From assembly GCA_046732255.1 (NCBI GenBank), contig JBKPMR010000061.1, positions 17,436 to 81,435 on the forward strand: 64,000 nucleotides of DNA. The letters run 5' to 3'. The translations under genes and the position numbers were made by a program. The notes beneath the pieces were generated by a model. It did not search any database, had not been told where the DNA came from, and saw only the letters and a program-made list of their open reading frames with translations. Positions 22,615-31,591 of this stretch are shown here, one piece after another. The stretch is from Actinomycetota bacterium. Lineage in GTDB: Bacteria > Actinomycetota > Thermoleophilia > Gaiellales > Gaiellaceae. Numbering within the stretch: position 1 is the stretch's first letter; each line of letters starts with the position of its first letter.

Positions 22615-24093
22615 CTACCGCAGGCGGCGCCGCACGATCGACGCTGGCGTCAGCTCGACGCCTGACGAGGACTGCACCGGGATCCCGAGCGCCCTCGCCT
22701 CGCGCAGCCGCGCGAGCAGCGGCCGCCGGCGGCCCTGCCGGACGACCACGTCGGGTACGACCAGGCGCGTCGCCCCGCCCGGATCAGCTGCGACTCGGCC
22801 GCCGAACCGGCGCGCGAGCTCGTCGGGACGGTCGGTGACGACGAGCGGCTCGTCGTGCGCGTCGAGGCTTCGCAGCACCGCGAAGAGCGCATCGTCCTCG
22901 CCGGGGTCGAGCACGGCGACGAGTCGCGACGGCGCGACGTCCACCTCGACCCGGAGCTCGGTTCCGAACCAGCGCACCTGCTCGTGGACGAGGTCGAGCG
23001 TGAGCGTCCAGCGGCCCGCGGCCGGCGGGATGGTCAGGGGAACGGGGACGATCGCGCGCCCTCCCCCCGCGAGGGCGGCGGGGAGCGGCCGGTGGGCGCC
23101 GTCCACGACCTGGTCGCCCCGGTGCCAGCGGGTTCCCACCGCGAACACCGCGCCCCACGGAAGCGGCTCGCCGCCGAGATTGTCGACCAACACGTCCACC
23201 GTCTCGGTCCCTCCCGCCTGCACCGGAGGCACGGCCTCGAGCAGGGTCAGGCGGGCCTGGTACGCGGACTCGGGCAGCCTGCGCCCGGCCCAGAAGCGGT
23301 CGATCTCCTCCCGCTCGACCCTGCTGATCTCCGCACGTGACCCGGCCGCCGGCGGCGCGGCGAGCACTTCCTCGACGAGCGCCAGGTCGTCGGCCGGCAC
23401 GTTCGCCGTCGGCGGATCCACCAGCTCCGGGAGGTAGAAGGCCTCGTTGAGCGGCCGGCCGGCGACGCGCTTCCCCGGGTGGAGCCGCTCGTACCGCTCA
23501 GCCTTCGCCGCTCTTGCTTCCCGCGAGTTGAGCAACGTGTCGGCGTGGTAGAAGCCGTCCGCGAGATAGCGCGACGGCCCGAGGACGGCAACCGGCACGT
23601 GCGTCTCGTCCGGGAAGCCGAGCACGCGGGGGTCGTTGAGCACGAGCCTGGGCTGGTAGTCGGGCCGCCACGGCCGGGCGTCGAGGTACCGGTCGGCGGT
23701 GGGGTACAGCCACCGGCGCGGGACCCAGTAGTGCGTCACGTCGGCCGCCGCCACCAGCGACGGCAGCGCGTCGAGCAATCCACTGCTCGGAATCTCGTCG
23801 TCGTCGACGGTCAGCACCCAGTCGCCTCGGCACTCCGAATGGATCCACGCGAGCGGCCGGTCGACCGGATCGGCATATGGGTAACGGACCACCCGGTCTG
23901 CGACCGCAGCCAGCGCCTGCGCCGTCGCCTCGTCGGCCCGGTCGTCGAGCGCGACGAGGATCTCGTCGGCGACCCCGCGGAAGAGCGCGAGCATCGCGGC
24001 GACCCGGTCTCCGGGCCCGCGGGTCATCACGTTGACCGAGAGGCTCAGAAGAGCTTCCTCGCGAAGACGCTCACGCCGCTGTAGCCGTAACAC
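22615..24093 (-). CDS. GT2-like glycosyltransferase fused to an Ig-like domain and a C-terminal domain
   Basis: ORF 22615..24237. SLSVNVMTRG......ILVALDDRAD...WVLTVDDDE (DxD-like). Start ambiguous: GTG 24093, CTG 24048 (CTGA with the upstream stop), or GTG 24030 / ATG 24027, which would cut the first beta strand. Confidence 0.65.
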   Translation of the reverse strand: MLRLQRRERLREEALLSLSVNVMTRGPGDRVAAMLALFRGVADEILVALDDRADEATAQALAAVADRVVRYPYADPVDRPLAWIHSECRGDWVLTVDDDEIPSSGLLDALPSLVAAADVTHYWVPRRWLYPTADRYLDARPWRPDYQPRLVLNDPRVLGFPDETHVPVAVLGPSRYLADGFYHADTLLNSREARAAKAERYERLHPGKRVAGRPLNEAFYLPELVDPPTANVPADDLALVEEVLAAPPAAGSRAEISRVEREEIDRFWAGRRLPESAYQARLTLLEAVPPVQAGGTETVDVLVDNLGGEPLPWGAVFAVGTRWHRGDQVVDGAHRPLPAALAGGGRAIVPVPLTIPPAAGRWTLTLDLVHEQVRWFGTELRVEVDVAPSRLVAVLDPGEDDALFAVLRSLDAHDEPLVVTDRPDELARRFGGRVAADPGGATRLVVPDVVVRQGRRRPLLARLREARALGIPVQSSSGVELTPASIVRRRLR

Positions 24094-24983
24094 GTCTGCG
24101 CGAACCACGTGGCCGCGGAGCGACCGACGAGCGGCAGCCGGCGCAGCCTCCCCCCGATCCGCCGGCCGCGCAGGTCGTCGTCGCCCTCCGCGTGCTCGAC
24201 CCGGCGGACGGCGAGCCCCGCCCGCGCGAACGCCCACACGTAGGCGTAGAGCGTGTGCACGTGCTCGTTGATCCCGAAGCTCTTCTCGTGCTCCTGGTCC
24301 TCGACCTCGCCGCTCGCCCGCACCGCGCGCGTCCCCTCATTCAGCGCCGCGACGGTGCCGCCGCGGCGCGTGACCCGAGCCATCTCGGCGACCATCCGCC
24401 TCAGGTCGAGCGCGTGGTGCAGTGCGGCGACGCAGTAGACGAGGTCGAAGGAGCCCGAGGCGAACGGGAGGTGCTCGCCGTCCGCCTGGATCCGCGCGAA
24501 CGGCCCGACGCGGCCCTCGTAGAACGCGCCTCGCCCGAGACCGATGATCGGGTCGGCGAGGATGTCGGTGGCGACGTAGTCGACGCCGAGTGGGACGAGG
24601 TGCTGGGCCGCCCACGCCTTCGCCGCCCCGACCTCGAGGACGCGCATCCCCGGCCGCACATACCGCTCGAGGAGCAGTGAGAACGAGTGCTCGTTCGCAC
24701 GCCAGGTCCGATCCTCCCACTCGAGGTCGCGGGTCAGGTACGGCAGGTGCGCGTCGACCTCGTCGTCGGGCTCGTACCAACCTTCGGCGCGCGCCATCGC
24801 CGGCCAGCCCTCGATCTCGGCCCGCTTGTCCGCGATTCCGGGGATGCGGTCGTCGAGCATCCGCGGGATGCCGTCCTCAATCGGGAAGACGGCGCCGCAA
24901 CGCGTGCAGCGAAGCCCTTCGGGTTCGTCCCCCAACTGCCCGCGGCACACGGGACAGCGCATGACGTCGAGCGGGAAGGTCAA
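24045..24983 (-). CDS. class I SAM methyltransferase with N-terminal Trm112-like zinc ribbon
   Basis: 312 aa. CPVCRGQL....LRCTRCG..FPI.DGIP.ML, then VLEVGAAKAW...DLVYCVAALHH. Confidence 0.75.
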   Translation of the reverse strand: MTFPLDVMRCPVCRGQLGDEPEGLRCTRCGAVFPIEDGIPRMLDDRIPGIADKRAEIEGWPAMARAEGWYEPDDEVDAHLPYLTRDLEWEDRTWRANEHSFSLLLERYVRPGMRVLEVGAAKAWAAQHLVPLGVDYVATDILADPIIGLGRGAFYEGRVGPFARIQADGEHLPFASGSFDLVYCVAALHHALDLRRMVAEMARVTRRGGTVAALNEGTRAVRASGEVEDQEHEKSFGINEHVHTLYAYVWAFARAGLAVRRVEHAEGDDDLRGRRIGGRLRRLPLVGRSAATWFAQTCYGYSGVSVFARKLF

Positions 24984-25027
24984 CCTGTATCCATCTCCGC
25001 ACCAATGCTTAACACGGCTCGGTTACG

Positions 25028-26848
25028 GTGTCGGCCGTGAGTGCCGCCGCAGCAGCGGTCGCATTGCCCGTGGCCGCGTTCGTGATCTGGTCGCTCCTGC
25101 ACTCGCCGGTCGCGCGGCGTCTTGTCGCCCACCCGACAGGTCAGCGCTGGAGCGAGCTTCCGACCCCGACCTTCGGCGGCGTCGGCATCTTCCTCGGCTT
25201 CGCCGCGGGTATCGCCGCGGCGATCGCGGCAGGGGGTGTCCACGCGCACGAGGAGCTGCTCGGAGTCCTCGGCGCCGCCGCGCTGCTCTTCGTCGCGGGT
25301 CTGGTCGACGACGTCTACACCCTGCCGGCATGGGTCAAGCTCGCCGTCCAGTTCGGCGCCGCCGGGATCGCCTTGGCCGCCGGCCTCTCGGTGCAGATCG
25401 TCTCGAACGACGTGCTGGGGACGATCCTCGGCCTGCTCTGGCTCGTGGGCATGACGAACGCCTTCAACCTGCTGGACAACATGGACGGGCTGGCGGGGAC
25501 GCTGGCGCTGATCGCGGCTGCGTTCTTCGCGATCGACGCCGTCACCGTCCACCAGGAGCGGCTGCTGCTGGTGCTCTCGCTCTCCCTCGGCCTCGCCTGC
25601 CTCGGCTTCCTGATCTTCAACTTCCGCCTGGGGAAGCCGGCGCTCGTCTTCATGGGCGACTCCGGGAGCCAGGTGCTCGGCTTCACGCTCGGCGCGCTCG
25701 GGCTGGCGACGAGCTGGAAGGTCGCCGAGACGACCGTCGCGACGTTGCTGCTTCCGGTCCTCGTCCTCGCGATCCCGATCCTGGACACGGCCCTCGTCAC
25801 CGCGGTCCGGGTGCGCGAGCGCCGCCCGATCCACCAGGGCGGCAAGGACCACACCTCGCACCGGCTCGTCCGCGGCGGGCTGTCGGAGCAGAAGACGGTG
25901 ATCCTCCTCGACGCGATCGCCGCCGGACTCGGTGCTACCGCCCTTGCCTACAGCGTGCTCGGCGACTACCGGATCACGCTCGTCGGTGTCCTGATCACCT
26001 TCGCGCTGCTCGTCCAGTTCGCCGGCTTCCTCGTCGACCTCGAGCGCGGCGCGGCGATGGAGGACGAGACGGTGCCGGGCGGCTGGCGCATGCGGACGGT
26101 CGTCCTCCATCGCCGCCGACTGTTCGAGGTACTGCTCGACTTCGTCCTCATCTCCGCCTGCTTCACCGCCGCCTACTTCCTGATCGTCCAGGGCACCGGT
26201 ACGACGTACGAGCGCCACGTGTTCACGGTCGCGCTGCCGGCCGTGCTGGTGACGCGATACATCGCGTTCATCCTGCTCGGGCTCTACCACGGCATCTGGC
26301 GCTTCGCCGGATCCCGGGAGGCCGCCTCGATCGTCGTCGGGACCGCCGTCTCCGAGCTCGCGGCAGTCGGCATCGTCGTCCTCACCACGCCCCTCGGCGG
26401 CTTCCCGGTGAGCGTGTTCGTCCTGGACGCCCTCCTCTGCATGGCCGTCATCGGTGGGTCGCGGTTCGGCGAACGAATGCTCTTCCGGGCGCGCTCGACC
26501 CTGCGTGAGCGGGACGCGCGGCGGACGCTGATCGTCGGCGCCGGACGGTCGGGCCGTAGCCTGCTCCGCGAGCTTCGCGAGACAGCGGGCGAGCGCGTCG
26601 TCGGCTTCGTCGACGACGATCCGCGCCTGCACCGCCGACGGCTGCTCGGCGTGCCGGTGCGGGGCGGCACCCTCGACATCGAGCGGATCCTGGCGACCGC
26701 CCATCCCGACACCGTCCTCGTCACCATCCCGCACGCACCGCCGGACCGGCTGGACGCCGTCGTCCGCGCCTGTGCCGCCGCCGCCGTCCCCTGCCGCTTC
26801 GTGCGGCGCGAGACCGACCTCGATCCCGTCGTCGTGCTCGGCGCGTGA
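25028..26848 (+). CDS. WecA/MraY-family polyprenyl-phosphate N-acetylhexosamine-1-P transferase fused to a WbaP/CapD-type membrane + Rossmann-like module
   Basis: 606 aa. PNPT motifs VDDVYTL, NAFNLLDNMDGLAG, MGDSGSQVLGF, HQGGKDHTSHRL. Then 4 more TM segments and RTLIVGAGRSGRSLLRELRE....VVGFVDDDP....R.LLGVPV.G, homologous to residues ~170-270 of the WbaP-like protein 56114-57646. Confidence 0.85.
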   Translation: MSAVSAAAAAVALPVAAFVIWSLLHSPVARRLVAHPTGQRWSELPTPTFGGVGIFLGFAAGIAAAIAAGGVHAHEELLGVLGAAALLFVAGLVDDVYTLPAWVKLAVQFGAAGIALAAGLSVQIVSNDVLGTILGLLWLVGMTNAFNLLDNMDGLAGTLALIAAAFFAIDAVTVHQERLLLVLSLSLGLACLGFLIFNFRLGKPALVFMGDSGSQVLGFTLGALGLATSWKVAETTVATLLLPVLVLAIPILDTALVTAVRVRERRPIHQGGKDHTSHRLVRGGLSEQKTVILLDAIAAGLGATALAYSVLGDYRITLVGVLITFALLVQFAGFLVDLERGAAMEDETVPGGWRMRTVVLHRRRLFEVLLDFVLISACFTAAYFLIVQGTGTTYERHVFTVALPAVLVTRYIAFILLGLYHGIWRFAGSREAASIVVGTAVSELAAVGIVVLTTPLGGFPVSVFVLDALLCMAVIGGSRFGERMLFRARSTLRERDARRTLIVGAGRSGRSLLRELRETAGERVVGFVDDDPRLHRRRLLGVPVRGGTLDIERILATAHPDTVLVTIPHAPPDRLDAVVRACAAAAVPCRFVRRETDLDPVVVLGA

Positions 26849-27008
26849 CCGTCGCTCGCGTTCGGGTCGCTCCCGCGGGGGAAACGGCCACGCGCACGCG
26901 AAGCGTGCAACGCCAGCAGAGCCCCCCTGGGGCGCCTGGGGCGCCCCGCGAGCCCCCTTTCGTCGGTCGCGGCGACGGTCGCCCGGCGAACTACGGTGCG
27001 GGTGACCC

Positions 27009-29285
27009 GTGAGCGCCGCCGTGCCTGCCGCAACCACCGTCCCCGCCGTCACCGAGCGGACGTGGGCGGACCGGATCACGAACGCGGTCCCGGTCGTCGT
27101 CGCCTACCTGTGGCTCTGCGTGCTCTACGGCTGGCAGACCCGGGGCCACGTGACCCCGTGGCTCTTCACGGACGAGCTGAAGTACACCCAGATCGCACGC
27201 AGCATCGCCGAGACCGGGCAGGCGGCCGAGCGGCATCACTCGGTCGCTTTCGACACGCTCTACACGTACTTCATCGCCCCGTTCTGGCGGATCGACGACG
27301 TCCACACCGCCTACTCGGCGGTCAAGTACTTCAACGTGATCGTGATGACGTCGGCGATCTTCCCGACGTACCTCCTCGCCCGCATGGTCGTCTCGCGACC
27401 GTGGGCGCTCTTCGCCGCCGTGGGTGCGGTCGCGGCCCCGGCGCTGGCGTACTCGTCGTTCATCATCGAGGAACCGGCCGCCTACCCCGCCTGCGCGCTC
27501 GCCTTCCTGCTGATCGCGAAGGGGCTGGTGACACGCTCGTGGCGCTGGAACATCGCAGCCTCGGGGTCGGTCCTCTTCGGCTTGTTCGTCCGCGGCCAGC
27601 TCGCGATCCTGATCGTCGCCTACGTCGTCGCGGTGCTCTTTCTCGTCTGGTCGAGCGAGCCGGTGCGTCGCTGGCGGGCCGGGTGGTCGACATGGGACTG
27701 GGTCGGCTTCGTCGTCCTCACGATCGGCGCGATCATCGTGTTCAGCGCCAGCGTCGGTGCCTTCTCCCAGAGCTGGCTCGTGGCCACCGGCTACTACCGG
27801 CACCGGATGATCGTCTACGGCCTCTCGGCCGGCGGTGCGTTCGCGACCGGCGTCGGGCTCTTGCCGGTGATCGCCCTGGCGGCGCTGGTCCGCCCGAAGG
27901 GCGTCCCCTCGTCGCGCGAGCTCCGCGCCTTCGTCGCGCTGACGGCGGCGTGCGTGCTCGTCTTCGGGGTCTACACGGCGGTGAAGGCTGCGTTCCTCTC
28001 GACCGTGTTCTCGACGCTCGTCGAGGAGCGGAACCTGATCTACCTCGGGCCGCTCCTGTTCATCGCCACCGCGCTCGCCTTCCAGCGCCGGCGGCTCAAC
28101 CTCTGGGCCGTCGCCGCCAGCGCGGGCTTCGTCCTGTACGTGATCCTGACCACGCACTACCAGCTCGACTGGCCGTACTTCGAGGCGCTCGGCTTCGGGG
28201 TCGTGCAGATGGCGAACCGCGACCTCGCGTTCGACGTGGGCGACATCAAGGTCCTGCTCTCCGTCGTGCTCGTCGTCTCGCTCGCGCTCCTGCTCCTGCC
28301 CGGGCTGCGCTCGGTCGCGAGGCGCCGCTGGGCGAGCACGGGAATCGTGGCGACCGCAGTCGTGCTCCTGCTCGCGTGGAACGTTGCCGGCGAGGTTTCC
28401 GCGTCGAACGGCGTCAACGTCTTCTCCCGGAACCTCCTGCAGAACTTCCCGACGCCGCCGACGTGGATCGACGACGCGACCGGCGGCAAGCCGACGATCT
28501 ACCTCGGCCAGAAGATCACCGACCCGCAGGGGATCTGGCTGATGGAGTTCTGGAACCGCGGCTTGACCTACGTCTGGAGCCTGGACGGAACCGCGCCGCC
28601 TCCCGGCCGCCAGGCGCCGGGCTTCGTCACGCCCGACGCCGGCCCGGACGGCCGGCTCACCGGCCAGTCGATCCCGACCGGAGCGCCGGCCGGAGTCGAC
28701 TACATGGTCGCCGACGTGGACATCCAGGTCCAGGGCAAGGAGATTCTCCGCCCGACCACGCAGTCGGTGATCACCGAGGACGCGTTCGGCTTCCCAATCC
28801 ACAAAGTGGTCACCGCGCCGGCACCGTGGCGGCTGCTCAAGATCGACCGGCCGCTGCGGCTGTCGAGCACGCCGACCGGAATCGACCCGGACGGCTGGGT
28901 GACACCGCCACTCGGATCCCCGGAGGGCGCTCCGGCCTTCAGCGCCTACAACCAGTTCTCCACGCCAGGCGGCAAGCCGGGCTGGATCAGAATCGTCGTC
29001 TCGCGAGCAGGCTGGCAGGGCACGGACAAGCCGGGCAAGGTGACGATCACGGTGGGGCCGCTCGTCCGCGGAGCCGACAAGCAGCCGGCGTTGGGGAAGG
29101 TCTCCCAGGTACTCCACTGGACGGTGCACAGCGGCAAGACGCGCGTGTTCTACGTGCGGGCCGTGCCCCCGACGCGCGTGGAGCTGACCGTGTCGCCGAC
29201 GTTCTCGCCGCACGACTTCGGCGGCGGCGACCGCCGCCAGCTGGGTGCGCAGGCCTCCTACTCGTTCTCTCCGACCCGGCCCTAA
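27009..29285 (+). CDS. ArnT/PMT_2-like GT-C membrane glycosyltransferase with large C-terminal extracytoplasmic domain
   Basis: 758 aa, many TM segments. First-loop motif FTDELKYTQIARSIAETG (compare ArnT DETRYAEISREM). Paralogous to 35490-37583. Confidence 0.7.
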   Translation: MSAAVPAATTVPAVTERTWADRITNAVPVVVAYLWLCVLYGWQTRGHVTPWLFTDELKYTQIARSIAETGQAAERHHSVAFDTLYTYFIAPFWRIDDVHTAYSAVKYFNVIVMTSAIFPTYLLARMVVSRPWALFAAVGAVAAPALAYSSFIIEEPAAYPACALAFLLIAKGLVTRSWRWNIAASGSVLFGLFVRGQLAILIVAYVVAVLFLVWSSEPVRRWRAGWSTWDWVGFVVLTIGAIIVFSASVGAFSQSWLVATGYYRHRMIVYGLSAGGAFATGVGLLPVIALAALVRPKGVPSSRELRAFVALTAACVLVFGVYTAVKAAFLSTVFSTLVEERNLIYLGPLLFIATALAFQRRRLNLWAVAASAGFVLYVILTTHYQLDWPYFEALGFGVVQMANRDLAFDVGDIKVLLSVVLVVSLALLLLPGLRSVARRRWASTGIVATAVVLLLAWNVAGEVSASNGVNVFSRNLLQNFPTPPTWIDDATGGKPTIYLGQKITDPQGIWLMEFWNRGLTYVWSLDGTAPPPGRQAPGFVTPDAGPDGRLTGQSIPTGAPAGVDYMVADVDIQVQGKEILRPTTQSVITEDAFGFPIHKVVTAPAPWRLLKIDRPLRLSSTPTGIDPDGWVTPPLGSPEGAPAFSAYNQFSTPGGKPGWIRIVVSRAGWQGTDKPGKVTITVGPLVRGADKQPALGKVSQVLHWTVHSGKTRVFYVRAVPPTRVELTVSPTFSPHDFGGGDRRQLGAQASYSFSPTRP

Positions 29286-29338
29286 GGGCCAGCCTCTACG
29301 TCGGTTCACTTACTGCGACCTGACACCTGACCGGTATC

Positions 29339-29785
29339 GTGCCGCGCGTCATGCAGACACCTATCTGGATCCGCCGTCTCGCCGTTGCCGCCGCCGTGAC
29401 TGCGCTCGCGGTGGCCGGAACGGCTGCCGGCGCCGCCGGCCGGACCGTCTCGCTCACGCTCACCGGAACGCATACCAAGTTCGCCGCTAAGTGCACGAAT
29501 GCCCGAACGGACCCCTACTCGACCGTCAGCCGCGGGGCCGCCTTCACCCTCGTCGGCGCGGTACGACCGGTGCCGGCGAAACCCGGCTGGCGAGTGCGCG
29601 TCGTCGTCAAGCGCTGCGTCGGCGGTCACTACAGCAAGGTCTGGACGGGAACGACGCCGGGCCGGACGGGAGGGACGTTCCGGATCGCCTACACGCCGAA
29701 GAGCGCCGGGCTCTTCATCGCCGTCGCCGACTACGGCAAGGATCCGAACGTCTCCAGCCGCAAGGTCCGACTTCACGTCCGCTGA
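29339..29785 (+). CDS. small secreted hypothetical protein
   Basis: 148 aa. Signal peptide IWIRRLAVAAAVTALAVAGTAAGAAG, then a beta-rich mature part. Start is GTG 29339 or ATG 29351. Confidence 0.5.
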   Translation: MPRVMQTPIWIRRLAVAAAVTALAVAGTAAGAAGRTVSLTLTGTHTKFAAKCTNARTDPYSTVSRGAAFTLVGAVRPVPAKPGWRVRVVVKRCVGGHYSKVWTGTTPGRTGGTFRIAYTPKSAGLFIAVADYGKDPNVSSRKVRLHVR

Positions 29786-30360
29786 CGCCACGCGGCGACC
29801 AGGTAGGTAAACCGGTGCCGAAGGGCGATCCGCGCCAGCGGCCCACTCCGCTCGGCGGCGACGAGCACGGTGCCGACCGGACGCGGTAGCGCCCGCGTCT
29901 GCGGAACGAAGAACGGCCGCATCGAGACGGCGTCGAGGCCCGCAGCGCGGAGGTCGGCCTCGACGGCGGCCGGCGCGTACTGGCGGGGGTTGAGGTCGAA
30001 GACGAGCTTGCGTTCGGTGAAGCCGGCGACGTGCCGGAAGAACGCACGCCGGTCGGGCGCGTAGTAGAGCGCGCGAAAGAGCGTGGTCGCCGCGACCGGC
30101 CGATCCGGCCGGAACGTGTTCAGATCGGCGTGCACGATCACGCGCCCCTTCGACGCGCCCTCCTCGACCATCTTCGGGTCGGCGTCGACGCCGAGGTACT
30201 CGACCCCCGGCAGGAAATCGCCGAGACCGCCGTCGCCGCAGGCGAGGTCGAGGAGCCGGTCGCCGGGCTCGAGCTGCGGCCCGAGCGACAGGATCACCTC
30301 CGCCCGGTGCCGCAGGTAGGGCACCGGGTCGGCATAGGCGCGGTCGGTCCACGTGGTCAT
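29773..30360 (-). CDS. class I SAM-dependent methyltransferase
   Basis: 195 aa, RLLDLACGDGGLGDFL..VEYLGVD. Confidence 0.7.
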   Translation of the reverse strand: MTTWTDRAYADPVPYLRHRAEVILSLGPQLEPGDRLLDLACGDGGLGDFLPGVEYLGVDADPKMVEEGASKGRVIVHADLNTFRPDRPVAATTLFRALYYAPDRRAFFRHVAGFTERKLVFDLNPRQYAPAAVEADLRAAGLDAVSMRPFFVPQTRALPRPVGTVLVAAERSGPLARIALRHRFTYLVAAWRQRT

Positions 30361-30439
30361 CTAATGCGCGTACCTGCGATTCGCATACCTGCGAATGACG
30401 ACTGTGCGTATCATCGCGCACGCCTGGTAGCGTACAAGG

Positions 30440-31591
30440 ATGGCAGCCGCACGAAATCCGTTCCGCTTCGGCGATCTCGCCCTCGACGAGGCGTTCACCG
30501 ATCGTGAGAGCGAGCTCCGCGCCCTCGAGGCAGACATCCTGAACGGGCAGAACGTGGTCATCCTCGCTCCCCGACGCTACGGGAAATCGTCGCTCGTGTG
30601 GCGCGCCGCCCAGCGTCTGACCGCGAAGAAGGTGCTCGTCGCCCAGGTCGACCTGATGACGGCGGCGACCAAGGAGCAGTTCGCCGCCAAGCTCGCCCAG
30701 GCGATCTACGAGGAGATCGCCTCTCCGCTCTACCGCGCCCGCGAGCGGGCGGCGAACGTCTTCCGCAGCCTGCGAATCACGCCGACGATGACACTCGATC
30801 CCGTCGACGGCTCGGTCCGCTTCAGCTTCACCGCCGGCTACGCGCCCGAGGACGTGGACGCCACGCTCGAGCGGCTGCTCCAGCTGCCGGCGGAGCTGTC
30901 CGCCGAGCGCAAGCGACGGGTGTGTCTCGTCTTCGACGAGTTCCAGGAAGTGCTCGAGCTGGACCCGAGCCTGCCCGCGCTGATGCGCGCCGTCTTCCAG
31001 GCGCAGCCGGAGGTCGCCCACGTATACCTCGGCAGCAAACGGGCGATGATGGCGAGGCTCTTCAACGACGAGAACGAGCCCTTCTGGCGGAGCGCCAAGC
31101 TCATGGAGCTCGGGGTGATCGCCCCAGACGAGTTCGCCCCGTTCATCCGCAACCGGTTCGAGGGCACCGGACGCCGGATCGGCGACGACGCGCTTGCCGG
31201 CGTGCTCACGACCACCCGCGGCCACCCGTACGCGACACAGGAGCTCTGCTACCACCTCTGGGAGGAGACGCCGGCCAGGCGCACGGCGGGCGAAGCCGAG
31301 CTCGACGCCGCGGTCGCCCGCGTCCTGCGGTCCGAGAACGCCCATTTCACCCTGATCTGGGACCGCGCCTCGCGCGTCCAGCGCGCGACGCTCCAGGCGC
31401 TCGCCGCGGAGCCGCTCGTCTCCGCCACCGCCCGCGAGTTCCGCCGCCGGCACGGTCTGCCCGGCGGCTCGAGTGTCCAGCGTGCGCTCGACGCCCTGGT
31501 CGCCGAGGAGCTCGTCGTCCGCGAGGCGGCCGGCTCGTACCGGATCGCCGAGCCGTTCCTCGCCGAGTGGATCCTGCGCCTACCTGCCTAG
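30440..31591 (+). CDS. Arch_ATPase-type (AAA+/STAND-like) NTPase with C-terminal winged-helix region
   Basis: 383 aa. FTDRESELRAL......G.NVVILAPRRYGKSSL (Walker A), VCLVFDEFQEV (Walker B), C-terminal ...VQRALDALVAEELV. The ATG lies 6 nt after TAGCGT. Confidence 0.75.
   Translation: MAAARNPFRFGDLALDEAFTDRESELRALEADILNGQNVVILAPRRYGKSSLVWRAAQRLTAKKVLVAQVDLMTAATKEQFAAKLAQAIYEEIASPLYRARERAANVFRSLRITPTMTLDPVDGSVRFSFTAGYAPEDVDATLERLLQLPAELSAERKRRVCLVFDEFQEVLELDPSLPALMRAVFQAQPEVAHVYLGSKRAMMARLFNDENEPFWRSAKLMELGVIAPDEFAPFIRNRFEGTGRRIGDDALAGVLTTTRGHPYATQELCYHLWEETPARRTAGEAELDAAVARVLRSENAHFTLIWDRASRVQRATLQALAAEPLVSATAREFRRRHGLPGGSSVQRALDALVAEELVVREAAGSYRIAEPFLAEWILRLPA

Noticed and set aside
26991-29323. 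772-aa minus-strand and 775-aa plus-strand ORFs overlapping the GT-C gene 27009..29285
   Set aside because: Alternate-frame artefacts. Only the 27009 frame yields transmembrane helices and the ArnT-like DELKYTQIA loop motif.
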